From positions 12,758 through 76,757 of the forward strand of contig CALUZS010000015.1 in assembly GCA_944325355.1 (NCBI GenBank): DNA of 64,000 nucleotides. Reading direction: 5' to 3'. Positions 46,559-56,679 of the stretch are shown piece by piece; position 1 is the first letter of the stretch, and every line of letters starts with the position of its first letter. Below the pieces are notes generated by a model that was not told the DNA's origin, did no database searches, and saw only the letters and a program-made list of their open reading frames with translations. Made by a program: the position numbers and the translations under genes. The stretch is from an uncultured Parabacteroides sp. GTDB lineage: Bacteria > Bacteroidota > Bacteroidia > Bacteroidales > Tannerellaceae.

Positions 46559-48181
46559 TTAAAAATCCGCTTTTTTTAGTATAGTTACCGGTTCGTCCGT
46601 GACAGGATGCAGGAATGTGATTTCTTCGGCGTGCAGGTAGAGACGTTTATCCGGTTTCCCATATAGGTAATCTCCCAGTATAGGGCAATCAAGCCCTTGG
46701 GAATGTGCTGCATGGATGCGCAACTGGTGTGTCCTCCCTGTGACCGGGTAAAAACAGACCCGGGTGCGTTCCCCTTCGATGGCAAGGATCTCATAATGGG
46801 TTGTGGCAGCCTTTCCCTGCAGGATGTCGACTGCTTGGCGTGGGCGGTCTGCAGGATTTGCACAGATCGGCAGGGATATTGTACCATTTCCGGGAGCAAG
46901 AACTCCGTCCAATAAAGCGATGTATTTTTTCTTGATGCTATGTTTACTGAATTGTACCTGTAAGCGTTTATAAATGTCCCTGTTTTTTGCAACCAAAAGA
47001 AGCCCGGATGTATCCATGTCAAGCCGGTGTACGACAAATAACTCTGCTTCGTGCGGATACATCTTGCAAAGAAGTGAGTAGATCGATTCTTTTTTGGCTT
47101 TTCCCGGGACAGATAACATGCCGGCCGGTTTGTTGATTGCCATCAGAAAGGTGTCTTCATATACGATTTCCAATATGCCGCTTCCGTTTGTCCCGGATAA
47201 CGACGGCTCTTTTTCGACTTGTAGACCCTTAAGCATGAAAGAAAGCAATGCCCTGCATTTGCTTTCGCATGCAGGATAAAAGAATCCGTTCCTGCGAATC
47301 TCGTTGTCTGGTGCTCCGCCATACCAAAATTCTGCCATAGCGATGGGATGGAGTTGGTTGAGATAGGCGTATTGGAGCATTTTGGGTGCAGCACATTCGC
47401 CTGTTCCGGCGGGCGGAACGGTGTGGTTGTATTCGGAGAAAATTTGTCGGATGCTTCGGCTTTGTCCCAATGCATTGGACACGATATAGTGTTCGAACAG
47501 TTTTTCCTGTAACAGAGCGGAGCGTTGTTTGCGCTCGTTCCTGAGTTGCTCTGTTGCAGACTCGAACTGTTCAACTGCCGCCTGTTTGGCATGGATAATC
47601 TCTTTCCAATGTTTTTCCATCCGTCGGATTTCTGCTTTTTGGAATTGGCTCTCTTTTATCATTGCGGCTTCCTCTTCTTCAGAGAGAGGGTGGTTTTGCC
47701 GTTTCATATCACGTGCAGCTTTCGCTTGTTTGTATGCTTCTTTTTCCTTGGAAATTTCCAGATACGCCTGTTTTCGGTCCTTCTCCAGTTCAGTTAATGC
47801 GTTTTGATAGGAAGTGTTGTTTTGGAGTCCTTCTATTTTTTTGTTGATTTTTGAAATTTCTGTCTCTTCTTTCTTGAAAAAACTGCAGGGATTGCTTAAA
47901 TCATATATAGGAGGAACGAAAAAAGGTTGCCGACATTTTCCGGAAAGGTTGCCGGAAAATGCAGAAAGATATCCCAAGTTTCCGGAAGGGTCTTTGACAA
48001 CCATTACACCGAACATTTTCCCATTCTGCAATTCCTGCTCCCATGCCTTTTGTGCGCCGATATATTGCTGTACTTCTTTGGCGGCAATAAGGCAAAGAGG
48101 ATGGGGTGTATATCGGAAAGGGTACGTAAATTCTTCCGGCAATGGGATATGTGCAACGGGTTGTTTGAATCGGTGAAACAT
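46559..48181 (-). CDS. RluA family pseudouridine synthase with Bacteroidetes N-terminal extension
   Basis: INKPAGMLSVPG, catalytic VHRLDMDTSG, TGRTHQLRIH, ILGDYLYG. Confidence 0.92.
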   Translation of the reverse strand: MFHRFKQPVAHIPLPEEFTYPFRYTPHPLCLIAAKEVQQYIGAQKAWEQELQNGKMFGVMVVKDPSGNLGYLSAFSGNLSGKCRQPFFVPPIYDLSNPCSFFKKEETEISKINKKIEGLQNNTSYQNALTELEKDRKQAYLEISKEKEAYKQAKAARDMKRQNHPLSEEEEAAMIKESQFQKAEIRRMEKHWKEIIHAKQAAVEQFESATEQLRNERKQRSALLQEKLFEHYIVSNALGQSRSIRQIFSEYNHTVPPAGTGECAAPKMLQYAYLNQLHPIAMAEFWYGGAPDNEIRRNGFFYPACESKCRALLSFMLKGLQVEKEPSLSGTNGSGILEIVYEDTFLMAINKPAGMLSVPGKAKKESIYSLLCKMYPHEAELFVVHRLDMDTSGLLLVAKNRDIYKRLQVQFSKHSIKKKYIALLDGVLAPGNGTISLPICANPADRPRQAVDILQGKAATTHYEILAIEGERTRVCFYPVTGRTHQLRIHAAHSQGLDCPILGDYLYGKPDKRLYLHAEEITFLHPVTDEPVTILKKADF

Positions 48182-48203
48182 GCTGTCCTGATTTTTCGGG
48201 GTT

Positions 48204-48211
48204 CAAATGTA
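48204..48211 (-). promoter_or_regulatory. -7 promoter box for the RluA gene
   Basis: TACATTTG on minus strand. Confidence 0.5.
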
Positions 48212-48402
48212 ATAAAATTTGCAATATTCAGGTATTTGTTGGAATCTGATTTGGAAAACAGATCTGATGGAAAGTGTATGCTTTTGTCTTTTTTATAGCA
48301 TTTAAAAAAATAATTTTATCGGAGTTTTCAGCTAATTATAAATTTGTTTCACTAATCGGCGTTTTTTTTAAAACAATTGTTGGCTTTTAGAAAATAATAC
48401 TA

Positions 48403-48410
48403 TACATTTG
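48403..48410 (+). promoter_or_regulatory. -7 promoter box for the DUF1080 gene
   Basis: TACATTTG 34 nt upstream of ATG. Confidence 0.55.
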
Positions 48411-48444
48411 TTTCAAATTAAGTTTTACCTAAAAAGCACTAAAA

Positions 48445-49740
48445 ATGAATCTTGTATTAAAATCGAAAGTGGCAACCGGAATTTTGGCTGCTACGTGCGC
48501 AGTTTCGTTTTCATTGTTCACATCTTGTACGACTGCGGAACCGAACACATTGACCGAACAAGAAAAGGCTGATGGCTGGAAACTTTTGTTCGACGGAAAA
48601 ACATTGAACGGATGGAGAGATTACAATGGCACAGAGTTGACTGTACCTTGGCATGTAGTCGACGGCTGTATTCAGGCAAAAGGTTCCGGTAGCGATGCAA
48701 GCGGGTATATTGTTACTGACAAGGAATATGAAAACTTTATTCTTTCTTGGGATTGGAAACTTTCAAAGGGTGGCAACAGCGGTATGCTTTATCACGTTGT
48801 TGAGAACCCTGCATTTAAAGTTCCTTACGTTACCGGTCCGGAGTATCAGCTAATAGATGAACCTAATTTCCCGGAACCTTTGGAAGAGTGGCAGAAACTG
48901 GGTGTGGATTATGCAATGCATTTGCCTGATAAATCAAAAATGAAGGTCAATCCGCAAGGAGAATGGAATAATTCAAAAATAGTTTTTGACAACGGTCATG
49001 TTGAACATTGGCTGAATGGTGAAAAAATATTGGAATTTGAAGCTTGGACAGACGATTGGTTTGCAAAGAAGAATAGCGGCAAATGGGCTGGCGCCAGCGA
49101 ATACGGTTTGGCAAAGAAAGGTGTAATATGTCTGCAAGACCATGGTTATCCTGCATCTTTCCGCAATATAAAGATAAAAGAACTCCCTCGTAAGGCAGGG
49201 AAAGAAGTTGTTTTGTTCAACGGTAAGGATTTGTCGAATTGGGAACAATATGGAACCGAGAAGTGGTACGTACAGGATGGCCTATTAATCTGCGAAAGCG
49301 GTCCGGATAAAGAATATGGCTATTTGGCTACCCGCGAATATTATGATGATTATGATTTGACTGTTGAGTTCAAACAGGAAAAAGACGGCAATAGCGGCGT
49401 ATTTATCCGTTCGTGGGTGGAACCTGTTGCAAAAGTTAACGGCTGGCAGGTTGAAGTTGCTCCTAAAGGTTGCGATACCGGTGGTATTTATGAATCGTAC
49501 GGACGCGGTTGGATTGTGCAGATTCCGGATGAAAAAGAGAATATCTTGAAGTATGGAGATTGGAATACGTTGCGTGTAAAAGTGCAAGGTAACAATGTGC
49601 AAACTTGGTTGAACGGTCAGGAAATGGTAAACTTGGATGACGAGAAAATCGGAGCTGGCAAAGGTCGTATCGCTCTTCAAATACATTCAGGTGGTGGTAT
49701 CAAGGTTGCTTGGCGTAATCTGAAATTGAAAACGTTGTAA
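48445..49740 (+). CDS. Tandem DUF1080 (3-keto-disaccharide hydrolase-like) lipoprotein
   Basis: Lipobox FTSC; two domains each with LLFDGK/LFNGK, NSG, GxIxLQ(D/I)H. Confidence 0.88.
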   Translation: MNLVLKSKVATGILAATCAVSFSLFTSCTTAEPNTLTEQEKADGWKLLFDGKTLNGWRDYNGTELTVPWHVVDGCIQAKGSGSDASGYIVTDKEYENFILSWDWKLSKGGNSGMLYHVVENPAFKVPYVTGPEYQLIDEPNFPEPLEEWQKLGVDYAMHLPDKSKMKVNPQGEWNNSKIVFDNGHVEHWLNGEKILEFEAWTDDWFAKKNSGKWAGASEYGLAKKGVICLQDHGYPASFRNIKIKELPRKAGKEVVLFNGKDLSNWEQYGTEKWYVQDGLLICESGPDKEYGYLATREYYDDYDLTVEFKQEKDGNSGVFIRSWVEPVAKVNGWQVEVAPKGCDTGGIYESYGRGWIVQIPDEKENILKYGDWNTLRVKVQGNNVQTWLNGQEMVNLDDEKIGAGKGRIALQIHSGGGIKVAWRNLKLKTL

Positions 49741-49767
49741 TTGATATCAATTCAATCTATAAATAAG

Positions 49768-49806
49768 AAATCCTCCAGTAACGAATGCCGGAGGATTTTT
49801 TATTTT
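49768..49806 (+). terminator. Terminator after the DUF1080 gene
   Basis: AAATCCTCC / GGAGGATTT stem followed by T tract. Confidence 0.7.
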
Positions 49807-49892
49807 ATGGAAAAGGCACGTGATTCACATCACATGCCTTTTCCCGTTTTCATAAAATTAGTCGTAAAACTCTATGAAACATTTATTCAACT

Positions 49893-49900
49893 TAACTTTG
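49893..49900 (+). promoter_or_regulatory. -7 promoter box, 240 nt upstream of the beta-barrel gene
   Basis: TAACTTTG. Confidence 0.45.
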
Positions 49901-50140
49901 TAAATGAGTTATGAATATTTCTTTTGTATGAATGATTCATATATAGGACACAATAAAAACTGAAATGTGCACTGCACAAGGTGGATTTCTTCTTGCATTT
50001 AGATTTAGTTAACTTAATGACAGGTTCGATTGGAGGAAAAGTTAATAAGGGTAAATATTAAAAGATAAGTTAAACTTATTTGGATTTGTAAAGTCTACAT
50101 TACAGAAGTTGATAAAATGTAAAACAAGCAGACTTATTAT

Positions 50141-52954
50141 ATGAAATGGAATAACCTACTCTTTGTGTTGTGCCTGACATTTATTTTTTCATCTGTTGCG
50201 ATGTCCCAAACGAACAAAACAAATATTACCGGGACAATCCTTGAAGAAGGAACCAATTCGCCGATTGAACAAGCAACCGTGAGACTACTGCAACAGAAGG
50301 ACAGTGCTTTCATTTCCGGTTGTGTTAGCAGCACTTCGGGAAACTTTACAATTAAAAATGTATCAAACGGGAAATATATCGTCCATATCTCGTATGTGGG
50401 CTTTGAAGATATTTATAAAAACGTAACAGTTACGGGGAAGAATAATCCGGTTTCTCTCGGAAAGCTGTTGCTAAAGGATGCTGCCGTGGTGCTGGGTGTA
50501 GCAGTTGTCACAGGAAAAGCTCCGGAAGTGGTGCTTCGTAATGACACACTTGAGTTTAATGCCGATTCGTATAAAGTTCAAGAAGGCGCCGTGCTTGAAG
50601 ATGTCTTAAAGAAAATGCCAGGAGTGGAGGTTTCGTCGGACGGGCAAATTACGGTTAATGGGAAAACTATTTCAAAAATCATGGTCGATGGGGAAGAATT
50701 CTTTTCTAATGATCCGAAGATTGCGTCAAAGAATTTACCAAGTAAAATGATTGACAAGATTCAGGTTTTGGATAAAAAGAGCGATATGGCGCAAATGACC
50801 GGATTTGATGATGGAGAAGAGGAGACTATTATTAATTTGACGGTCAAGCCCGATATGAAGAAAGGATTATTTGGTCAACTGTTCGGAGGTTATGGAAATA
50901 AGGACAGGTACGAAGGCCAAGGCATGATAAATCGTTTTGTAGGAAATGACCGGTACACCATCATGGGTGGGGCAAATAATACCAATAACATGGGGTCAAC
51001 CGATTTGGGCGCTTCAATGATTCCGGGAATGGGCGGAATGCGTCGAGGTGCAAGAGGCGGTGGTGCCGGGAATGGTATAACCAAGTCTGGTTTCGGCGCG
51101 GCAAATATAAATAAGAAGTTCAATGATGCGCTGAAACTGAATGGCGGTGTTTCATATAACCATTCCAACAATACGGCAACAAGTAAGAGTAATCAAACGA
51201 ATACTTTGACAGACGGGACATCTTATTACAGGGAAGAGAACAGTAATGTGTCAAAAAGCGACGGATTCTCGGCTAATTTGCGGCTGGAGTGGACACCCGA
51301 CACGCTGACTCGGTTGATTTTCCGTCCAAGTTATAGTTTTAGTAAAAATAGTCAGAACGAAATCGGGGAGTTTAGTACCTTCAATGAAGATATGGATACC
51401 GTAAATATTGGTAATTCTGCTTATTCAACAAATGGACGGGCCCATAATATCAATGCGTCTCTGGAATTTAGCCGGAAGTTGAATAGCAGGGGGCGTGTAT
51501 TGAGCGTTTCTTTGTCTGGAGGAACCAGCAATTCATTTAATAAAGGTGTGAATTATTCGAATACGGAATATTTCATGAGAGATCCGTCTGCTGAATCCAA
51601 TGATTTGGTGGATCAACAATTCCGGTTGGATAATAGCGGATTTAATTATCGGGCATATGTCTCTTGGGTAGAGCCTATCGGTCATAATAATTTTATTCAG
51701 GCGTCGTATAGTTTTTCTCAGAATAAGCAGGAGTCTTTAAAGAATTCATATGTCCCGGATGAAAGCGGAGCATATACGGTGCTTGATACGGCTTATAGTC
51801 AAAGTTATCGGAATAATTTCATTAATCAACGAATTAGTATTGCTTTCAAATCGCAGCGGAAGAAATTTAATTATACGATAGGTTTTAATGTCGACCCATC
51901 GTATTCTAAAAGTGAGAATTTTGTAGGAGATACGACGCTTACATCTTTGTCGAGGAGTGTTGTAAATCTTTCTCCAATGGCGCAGTTCCGTTACCGTTTC
52001 AGTCGTGAAAGCAGCTTGCGGATAGATTATAACGGCTCAACAAACCAGCCTTCGATGGAACAGCTTCAGCCTGTTGCCGATGTGTCGGATCCGTTGAATG
52101 TAACAATTGGTAATCCCAGTTTGAAACCTACCTATGTCAATAACGTAAGGGTAGAGTATAACCGATTTAACCGGGAGAAGCAACAGGCAATGATTTTCTT
52201 TGCCAATGGGCAATATACAATTAATGACATCGTTCGGAAATCTACTTATGACCAAGAGACCGGGCGTCAGACTTCGACTTATGAGAACGTTGATGGTAAT
52301 TACAACGTCAGTTTACGGGGAATGCTAAATACTCCTTTAAAGAATAAGCGTTTTTCAATAAATACGAGTACTTCGCTGTCGTTGAATAATCAGAACACGT
52401 TCATTGATGGGGCAAAGAATACGAATAAGAACTTTGTTGTAAATGAGAACGCCGGCATTCGTTTCCAGTCGGATATTATTGATTTGGGAGTGAACGGAAG
52501 ATTTTCGTATAACCTTTCCAAGAACTCGTTGCAGTCGACCCAGAATCAGTCGGTATATAACTATGGAGTGGGAGGAAATACGACAATTTATCTTCCGTGG
52601 AACATGCAAATAGATAGCGATATCAATTGGTCAGCCAACGCGGGTTATTCTGCCGGTTTCGATCAGAAGCAGATTCTATGGAATGCTTCGTTCTCCAAAT
52701 CGTTCTTGAAAGGGAATCAAGCTACACTTCGGTTTAAAATATATGATATATTGCAGCAACGCAGCAATATATCCCGGACAATTGCAGGTAATATGACAAC
52801 GGATTATGAATATAATACGTTAACAAGTTACTTTATCGTCCATTTTGTGTACAGATTCAGCATATTCTCCGGAGGCGGAAGCGCAGGAGGACCCGGACCA
52901 GGAGGTGGTCCTCGCTTCGGTGGCCCCGGAGGTCCGCCACCTCCTCGTTTTTAA
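50141..52954 (+). CDS. Outer-membrane beta-barrel family protein (TonB-receptor-like, CarboxypepD_reg N-domain)
   Basis: Signal peptide, DTLEFNADSY, LEDVLKKMPGVEV, IMVDGEEFF, NPSLKP, terminal strand YFIVHFVYRF plus Gly/Pro tail. Confidence 0.85.
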   Translation: MKWNNLLFVLCLTFIFSSVAMSQTNKTNITGTILEEGTNSPIEQATVRLLQQKDSAFISGCVSSTSGNFTIKNVSNGKYIVHISYVGFEDIYKNVTVTGKNNPVSLGKLLLKDAAVVLGVAVVTGKAPEVVLRNDTLEFNADSYKVQEGAVLEDVLKKMPGVEVSSDGQITVNGKTISKIMVDGEEFFSNDPKIASKNLPSKMIDKIQVLDKKSDMAQMTGFDDGEEETIINLTVKPDMKKGLFGQLFGGYGNKDRYEGQGMINRFVGNDRYTIMGGANNTNNMGSTDLGASMIPGMGGMRRGARGGGAGNGITKSGFGAANINKKFNDALKLNGGVSYNHSNNTATSKSNQTNTLTDGTSYYREENSNVSKSDGFSANLRLEWTPDTLTRLIFRPSYSFSKNSQNEIGEFSTFNEDMDTVNIGNSAYSTNGRAHNINASLEFSRKLNSRGRVLSVSLSGGTSNSFNKGVNYSNTEYFMRDPSAESNDLVDQQFRLDNSGFNYRAYVSWVEPIGHNNFIQASYSFSQNKQESLKNSYVPDESGAYTVLDTAYSQSYRNNFINQRISIAFKSQRKKFNYTIGFNVDPSYSKSENFVGDTTLTSLSRSVVNLSPMAQFRYRFSRESSLRIDYNGSTNQPSMEQLQPVADVSDPLNVTIGNPSLKPTYVNNVRVEYNRFNREKQQAMIFFANGQYTINDIVRKSTYDQETGRQTSTYENVDGNYNVSLRGMLNTPLKNKRFSINTSTSLSLNNQNTFIDGAKNTNKNFVVNENAGIRFQSDIIDLGVNGRFSYNLSKNSLQSTQNQSVYNYGVGGNTTIYLPWNMQIDSDINWSANAGYSAGFDQKQILWNASFSKSFLKGNQATLRFKIYDILQQRSNISRTIAGNMTTDYEYNTLTSYFIVHFVYRFSIFSGGGSAGGPGPGGGPRFGGPGGPPPPRF

Positions 52955-52989
52955 CTAACGCCAATAGTTGTGATTCTCTGCCGGGCAGT

Positions 52990-53589
52990 TTACCAATTAA
53001 AGGATAACTGTTCCGGCAGGAGCGTAAATGTTTTACGATGAAAAGGGGTGATTCCTTTCTCCCTGATGGCATTTCTGTGGGCTTTTGTAGGATACCCTTT
53101 GTTTTTGTCCCATCCGTATTCCGGATATTTTTCAGAAATCATGTTCATGTAATCGTCCCGATAGGTTTTAGCCAAAATGGAAGCAGCAGCGATGCTCATA
53201 TATTTCCCGTCTCCTTTTACAACAACAGTATGTGGTATTCCGGGATAGGCATTAAAACGGTTGCCGTCTATCAGTAAATGTTCAGGCTTTAGGCGCAATT
53301 GTTCTATTGCCCGGTGCATTGCCAGAAAGGAAGCGTTTAAAATGTTTATTTTGTCGATTTCTTCCGGAGAAACAATTCCTACGGCCCATGCTAAGGCTTG
53401 CTTTTCAATGATAGGGCGTAATTCGTATCGTTTTTTTTCGCTTAGCTGTTTGCTGTCGTTTAAGATTTCATTCTTAAAATCGGAAGGCAGTATGACTGCC
53501 GCAGCAAAGACAGCTCCGGCTAAGCATCCACGTCCTGCTTCGTCACAGCCCGCTTCAATTTTATTTTCCAACATGTAAGGTAATAACAT
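52990..53589 (-). CDS. rnhB: Ribonuclease HII
   Basis: [39 protein letters not shown]. Confidence 0.96.
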   Translation of the reverse strand: MLLPYMLENKIEAGCDEAGRGCLAGAVFAAAVILPSDFKNEILNDSKQLSEKKRYELRPIIEKQALAWAVGIVSPEEIDKINILNASFLAMHRAIEQLRLKPEHLLIDGNRFNAYPGIPHTVVVKGDGKYMSIAAASILAKTYRDDYMNMISEKYPEYGWDKNKGYPTKAHRNAIREKGITPFHRKTFTLLPEQLSFNW

Positions 53590-53653
53590 CGTAATCTCTT
53601 ATTTGGGTTTATCCGGTTGTTATGGATAGAGAGTTCTATATTTTTGAAAACAG

Positions 53654-53686
53654 AAAAGCCGTTTATTATCAAAATAAACGGCTTTT
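53654..53686 (-). terminator. Terminator after tRNA-Gln
   Basis: 14-bp inverted repeat AAAAGCCGTTTATT / AATAAACGGCTTTT. Confidence 0.8.
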
Positions 53687-53692
53687 TGTGAG

Positions 53693-53763
53693 TTGTCTCA
53701 CGAGGATTCGAACCTCGACAGACAGAACCAAAAACTGTAGTGCTACCATTACACCATGAGACA
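53693..53763 (-). tRNA. tRNA-Gln (anticodon TTG), CCA not encoded
   Basis: TGTCTCA acceptor stem, GGTGTAATGGTAGCAC D-arm, TT-TTG-GT anticodon loop, GGTTCGAATCC T-arm. Confidence 0.95.
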
Positions 53764-53788
53764 ATTCGCTGCTTCTTTAAAAGCGTTG

Positions 53789-53820
53789 CAAAGATAAGAA
53801 TTAAATTTTGTTGTTGCAAA
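53789..53820 (-). promoter_or_regulatory. tRNA promoter (-7 TATCTTTG, -33 TTTG)
   Basis: -7 at 53789-53796, TTTG at 53817-53820, 20-nt spacing. Confidence 0.7.
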
Positions 53821-54115
53821 TATTTTCTCTTCTTTTTATCGTTGTTTTGATTATTTCCCTGATATATGGAGCTTATCCGCTGTTTTTGCACATGCTGGAA
53901 GAGCGGAAGAAGATGCTTTTATTGGAAAAACTTGGATGCAGTGTGGCTCGTTTTTTGAATCTCATGGATTGTTGGTTCTTGTGCGGCCTTTGCTTTGTAT
54001 GTAAATGTTATTTTTATAAATGATTCGTTTGAAAAATGAAATATTTTTTATTTCTTTGTTGGCAGAGAGAAAAAAAAAGAACGAATTGTTTGATAAAATG
54101 TAAGAATCTATAGAT

Positions 54116-55477
54116 ATGGGTGCGAAAAAGTTTTTATTACAGGAACAAGATATACCGAAGGCTTGGTATAATATTGTGGCGGATATGAAGAATAAGCCGA
54201 TGCCGCCATTGAATCCGAAGACAAAGGAACCTATGAAAGAGGAGGATTTTTATCCACTGTTTGCAAAGGAATTGTCGAAACAGGAAATGAATCAGACCGA
54301 TGCATGGATTGAAATTCCGGAGGAGGTGCGTGAGATGTATAAAATCTGGCGGCCTACGCCATTAGTACGTGCAACTGGCTTGGAAAAGATGCTGGATACA
54401 CCGGCACATATCTATTTTAAGAACGAAAGCGTGAGTCCGGTCGGCTCACATAAGCTGAATTCCGCTTTGGCACAGGCTTATTATTGCAAAAAAGAGGGAG
54501 TTACAAATGTAACGACCGAGACCGGCGCCGGGCAATGGGGGGCTTCGATGGCTCTGGCTGCCAAACATTTCGGATTGGAGCTGGCAGTATATATGGTAAA
54601 AGTAAGTTATAACCAGAAACCATACCGGCGTTCAATCATGCAGACTTACGGGGCAGAGGTAATTGCTTCTCCGAGTATGAGTACGCGTGCAGGGAGGGAT
54701 ATTATTACCCGAAATCCGAATTATCAGGGAAGCCTTGGAACGGCAATCTCAGAAGCAGTGGAATTGGCAATGCAGACGCCGAATTGTAAATATGTTTTGG
54801 GAAGTGTGCTGAATCATGTCATGTTGCATCAGACGGTTATCGGACTTGAAGCGGAGAAACAGATGGAGATGGCAGGAGAATATCCGGATGTTGTAATTGC
54901 ATGTTTCGGAGGTGGTTCCAATTTCTCGGGAATTGCGTTTCCGTTCCTGCGTCATAAATTGAAAGAAGGGAAAGATATTCGTGTCGTTGCGGCAGAGCCG
55001 GCATCGTGTCCGAAACTTACCCGAGGAAAGTTCCACTACGATTTTGGAGATGAAGCCGGATATACGCCATTGCTTCCGATGTTTACTTTGGGGCATAATT
55101 TTTCGCCTGCGAATATTCATGCCGGAGGTTTGCGTTATCATGGGGCGGGTTCGATTGTCAGTCAGCTGAAGAAAGATGGTTTTATGGAAGCCGTAGATGT
55201 GCAACAGTTGGAGACATTCAAGGCGGCAACGATGTTTGCCCAGGCTGAAGGTATAATCCCGGCTCCGGAATCCTCGCATGCGATTGCGGCTGCAATCCGT
55301 GAAGCCGAACAAGCCAAATTGGAGGGGAAACCCCGTACGATTTTGTTTAATTTATCCGGACACGGTCTGATAGATATGGCGGCTTATGACATGTATTTGG
55401 CGGGTGACTTGACTAATTATGAGGTTTCGGATGCGGAAGTTGCCAAGAATTTGGAGAACATAGATAAGATTGTTTGA
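54116..55477 (+). CDS. trpB2: TrpB2-type PLP enzyme (stand-alone tryptophan synthase beta)
   Basis: WRPTPL, KNESVSPVGSHKLNSA, TETGAGQWG, GSLGTAISEA, GGLRYHG, PAPESSHA. Confidence 0.92.
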   Translation: MGAKKFLLQEQDIPKAWYNIVADMKNKPMPPLNPKTKEPMKEEDFYPLFAKELSKQEMNQTDAWIEIPEEVREMYKIWRPTPLVRATGLEKMLDTPAHIYFKNESVSPVGSHKLNSALAQAYYCKKEGVTNVTTETGAGQWGASMALAAKHFGLELAVYMVKVSYNQKPYRRSIMQTYGAEVIASPSMSTRAGRDIITRNPNYQGSLGTAISEAVELAMQTPNCKYVLGSVLNHVMLHQTVIGLEAEKQMEMAGEYPDVVIACFGGGSNFSGIAFPFLRHKLKEGKDIRVVAAEPASCPKLTRGKFHYDFGDEAGYTPLLPMFTLGHNFSPANIHAGGLRYHGAGSIVSQLKKDGFMEAVDVQQLETFKAATMFAQAEGIIPAPESSHAIAAAIREAEQAKLEGKPRTILFNLSGHGLIDMAAYDMYLAGDLTNYEVSDAEVAKNLENIDKIV

Positions 55478-55503
55478 TAGAGTTCGGACGGTTTGTCCGT
55501 AGG

Positions 55504-55553
55504 ATTACAATAAAAAAGGATTGATGCAAACATCAATCCTTTTTTATTGTAAT
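55504..55553. terminator. Bidirectional terminator between trpB2 and trpS
   Basis: Perfect 23-bp inverted repeat ATTACAATAAAAAAGGATTGATG-caaa-CATCAATCCTTTTTTATTGTAAT. Confidence 0.85.
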
Positions 55554-55561
55554 TTAGCTTA

Positions 55562-56620
55562 TTAATTCCGGAAGCCGATGATTTCCCGGACTTCCCGAAG
55601 TGTTTTCGCAGCGCTCTGCCGAGCTTTTTCTGCACCGGCGCGCGCTACTTTTGCCATGTATTCCTCGTTGGCTGCAATGTCGAGGATTCGTTCCCTTATG
55701 GGAGCGCAAAAAGCATTGATATCTTCGGCCAACTGTTTTTTCATATCGCCGTAGCGGATTTCGCAGTTGTTATATTTTTCGTTGAAATAATCATAAGTTT
55801 CTTTGGATGAAACGATTTCCATCATAGTGAAAAGGTTTGCGATAGGTTCAGGCTTGGTACTGTTGGGTACTGTTGGTCCGGAATCGGTAACGGCTTTCAT
55901 CACTTTTTTGCGGATAGTTTTTTCATCATCGACCAAATAGATGGCGTTCCCTTCGCTTTTCCCCATTTTCCCGGAACCATCCAATCCCGGTACTTTTAGT
56001 GCCTTGTTCCCGAAAGAGAACGATGCCGGCTCCGGAAAGAAATCTACTCCATACGTTGCATTGAAGCGGCGTGCAAAACGGCGTGCCATCTCCATATTTT
56101 GTTCTTGGTCTTTTCCAACCGGTACTTTTACCGCTTTATGGATGATAATGTCGGCCGCCATCAATGTTGGATAGGTCAGCAGACCGGCACTAACACTATG
56201 CTTGTTGTCTTCTTTGAAAATTTCTTTTTGCATTTCGTCCGTATCGTTTTCTCCGGATTCTTGTCCTATGTGGAGTTGTTTCCGTGCTTTTTCCTTGAAA
56301 GAAGCAGTACGCATCAGCTCTCCGATGCCGGCATTCATGTTCAAATAGAGGTAAAGTTCTGCTACTTCACGTACATCGCTTTGTATGTAGATGGTTGCCT
56401 TTTCCGGATCAATCCCGCAAGCCAGGTATTCAGCCAAGATAGTCCTGACGCTTTTCCGAATATTTTCAGGATGCGGATGAGTAGTCAGCGAGTGCCAATC
56501 TGCAATGAAGAATAAGCAATTGTACTCATTTTGCATTTGCAAAAAACTTTTCACTGCGCCGAAATAATTTCCGAGGTGTAAATTCCCTGTCGGTCTGATA
56601 CCGCTTACTACTGTTTCCAT
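55562..56620 (-). CDS. trpS: Tryptophan--tRNA ligase
   Basis: SGIRPTGNLHLGNY, YPTLMAADI, VPVGKDQ, KMGKS; start trimmed to METVV. Confidence 0.96.
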   Translation of the reverse strand: METVVSGIRPTGNLHLGNYFGAVKSFLQMQNEYNCLFFIADWHSLTTHPHPENIRKSVRTILAEYLACGIDPEKATIYIQSDVREVAELYLYLNMNAGIGELMRTASFKEKARKQLHIGQESGENDTDEMQKEIFKEDNKHSVSAGLLTYPTLMAADIIIHKAVKVPVGKDQEQNMEMARRFARRFNATYGVDFFPEPASFSFGNKALKVPGLDGSGKMGKSEGNAIYLVDDEKTIRKKVMKAVTDSGPTVPNSTKPEPIANLFTMMEIVSSKETYDYFNEKYNNCEIRYGDMKKQLAEDINAFCAPIRERILDIAANEEYMAKVARAGAEKARQSAAKTLREVREIIGFRN

Positions 56621-56655
56621 ACTGATTTGTCTTTTTATGTAATTTTTCAAACGCA

Positions 56656-56663
56656 CAAAAATA
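56656..56663 (-). promoter_or_regulatory. -7 promoter box for trpS
   Basis: TATTTTTG on minus strand; supports the 56620 start. Confidence 0.55.
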
Positions 56664-56679
56664 CAAAAGAAAGTGGATG

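Noticed and set aside
53693-53763. tRNA-Gln as an island integration site
   Set aside because: Its terminator follows immediately, no duplicated tRNA 3' end was seen, and no integrase is present
53808-54023. 71-aa hydrophobic, Cys-rich ORF between the tRNA and trpB2
   Set aside because: TTG start inside the divergent tRNA promoter in AT-rich intergenic DNA; no family features; probably spurious
54036-54113. 25-codon uORF with one Trp ending 2 nt before trpB2 (Trp attenuator?)
   Set aside because: Single Trp codon, no terminator/antiterminator hairpins, and the likely -7-like box (54051-54058) lies inside it
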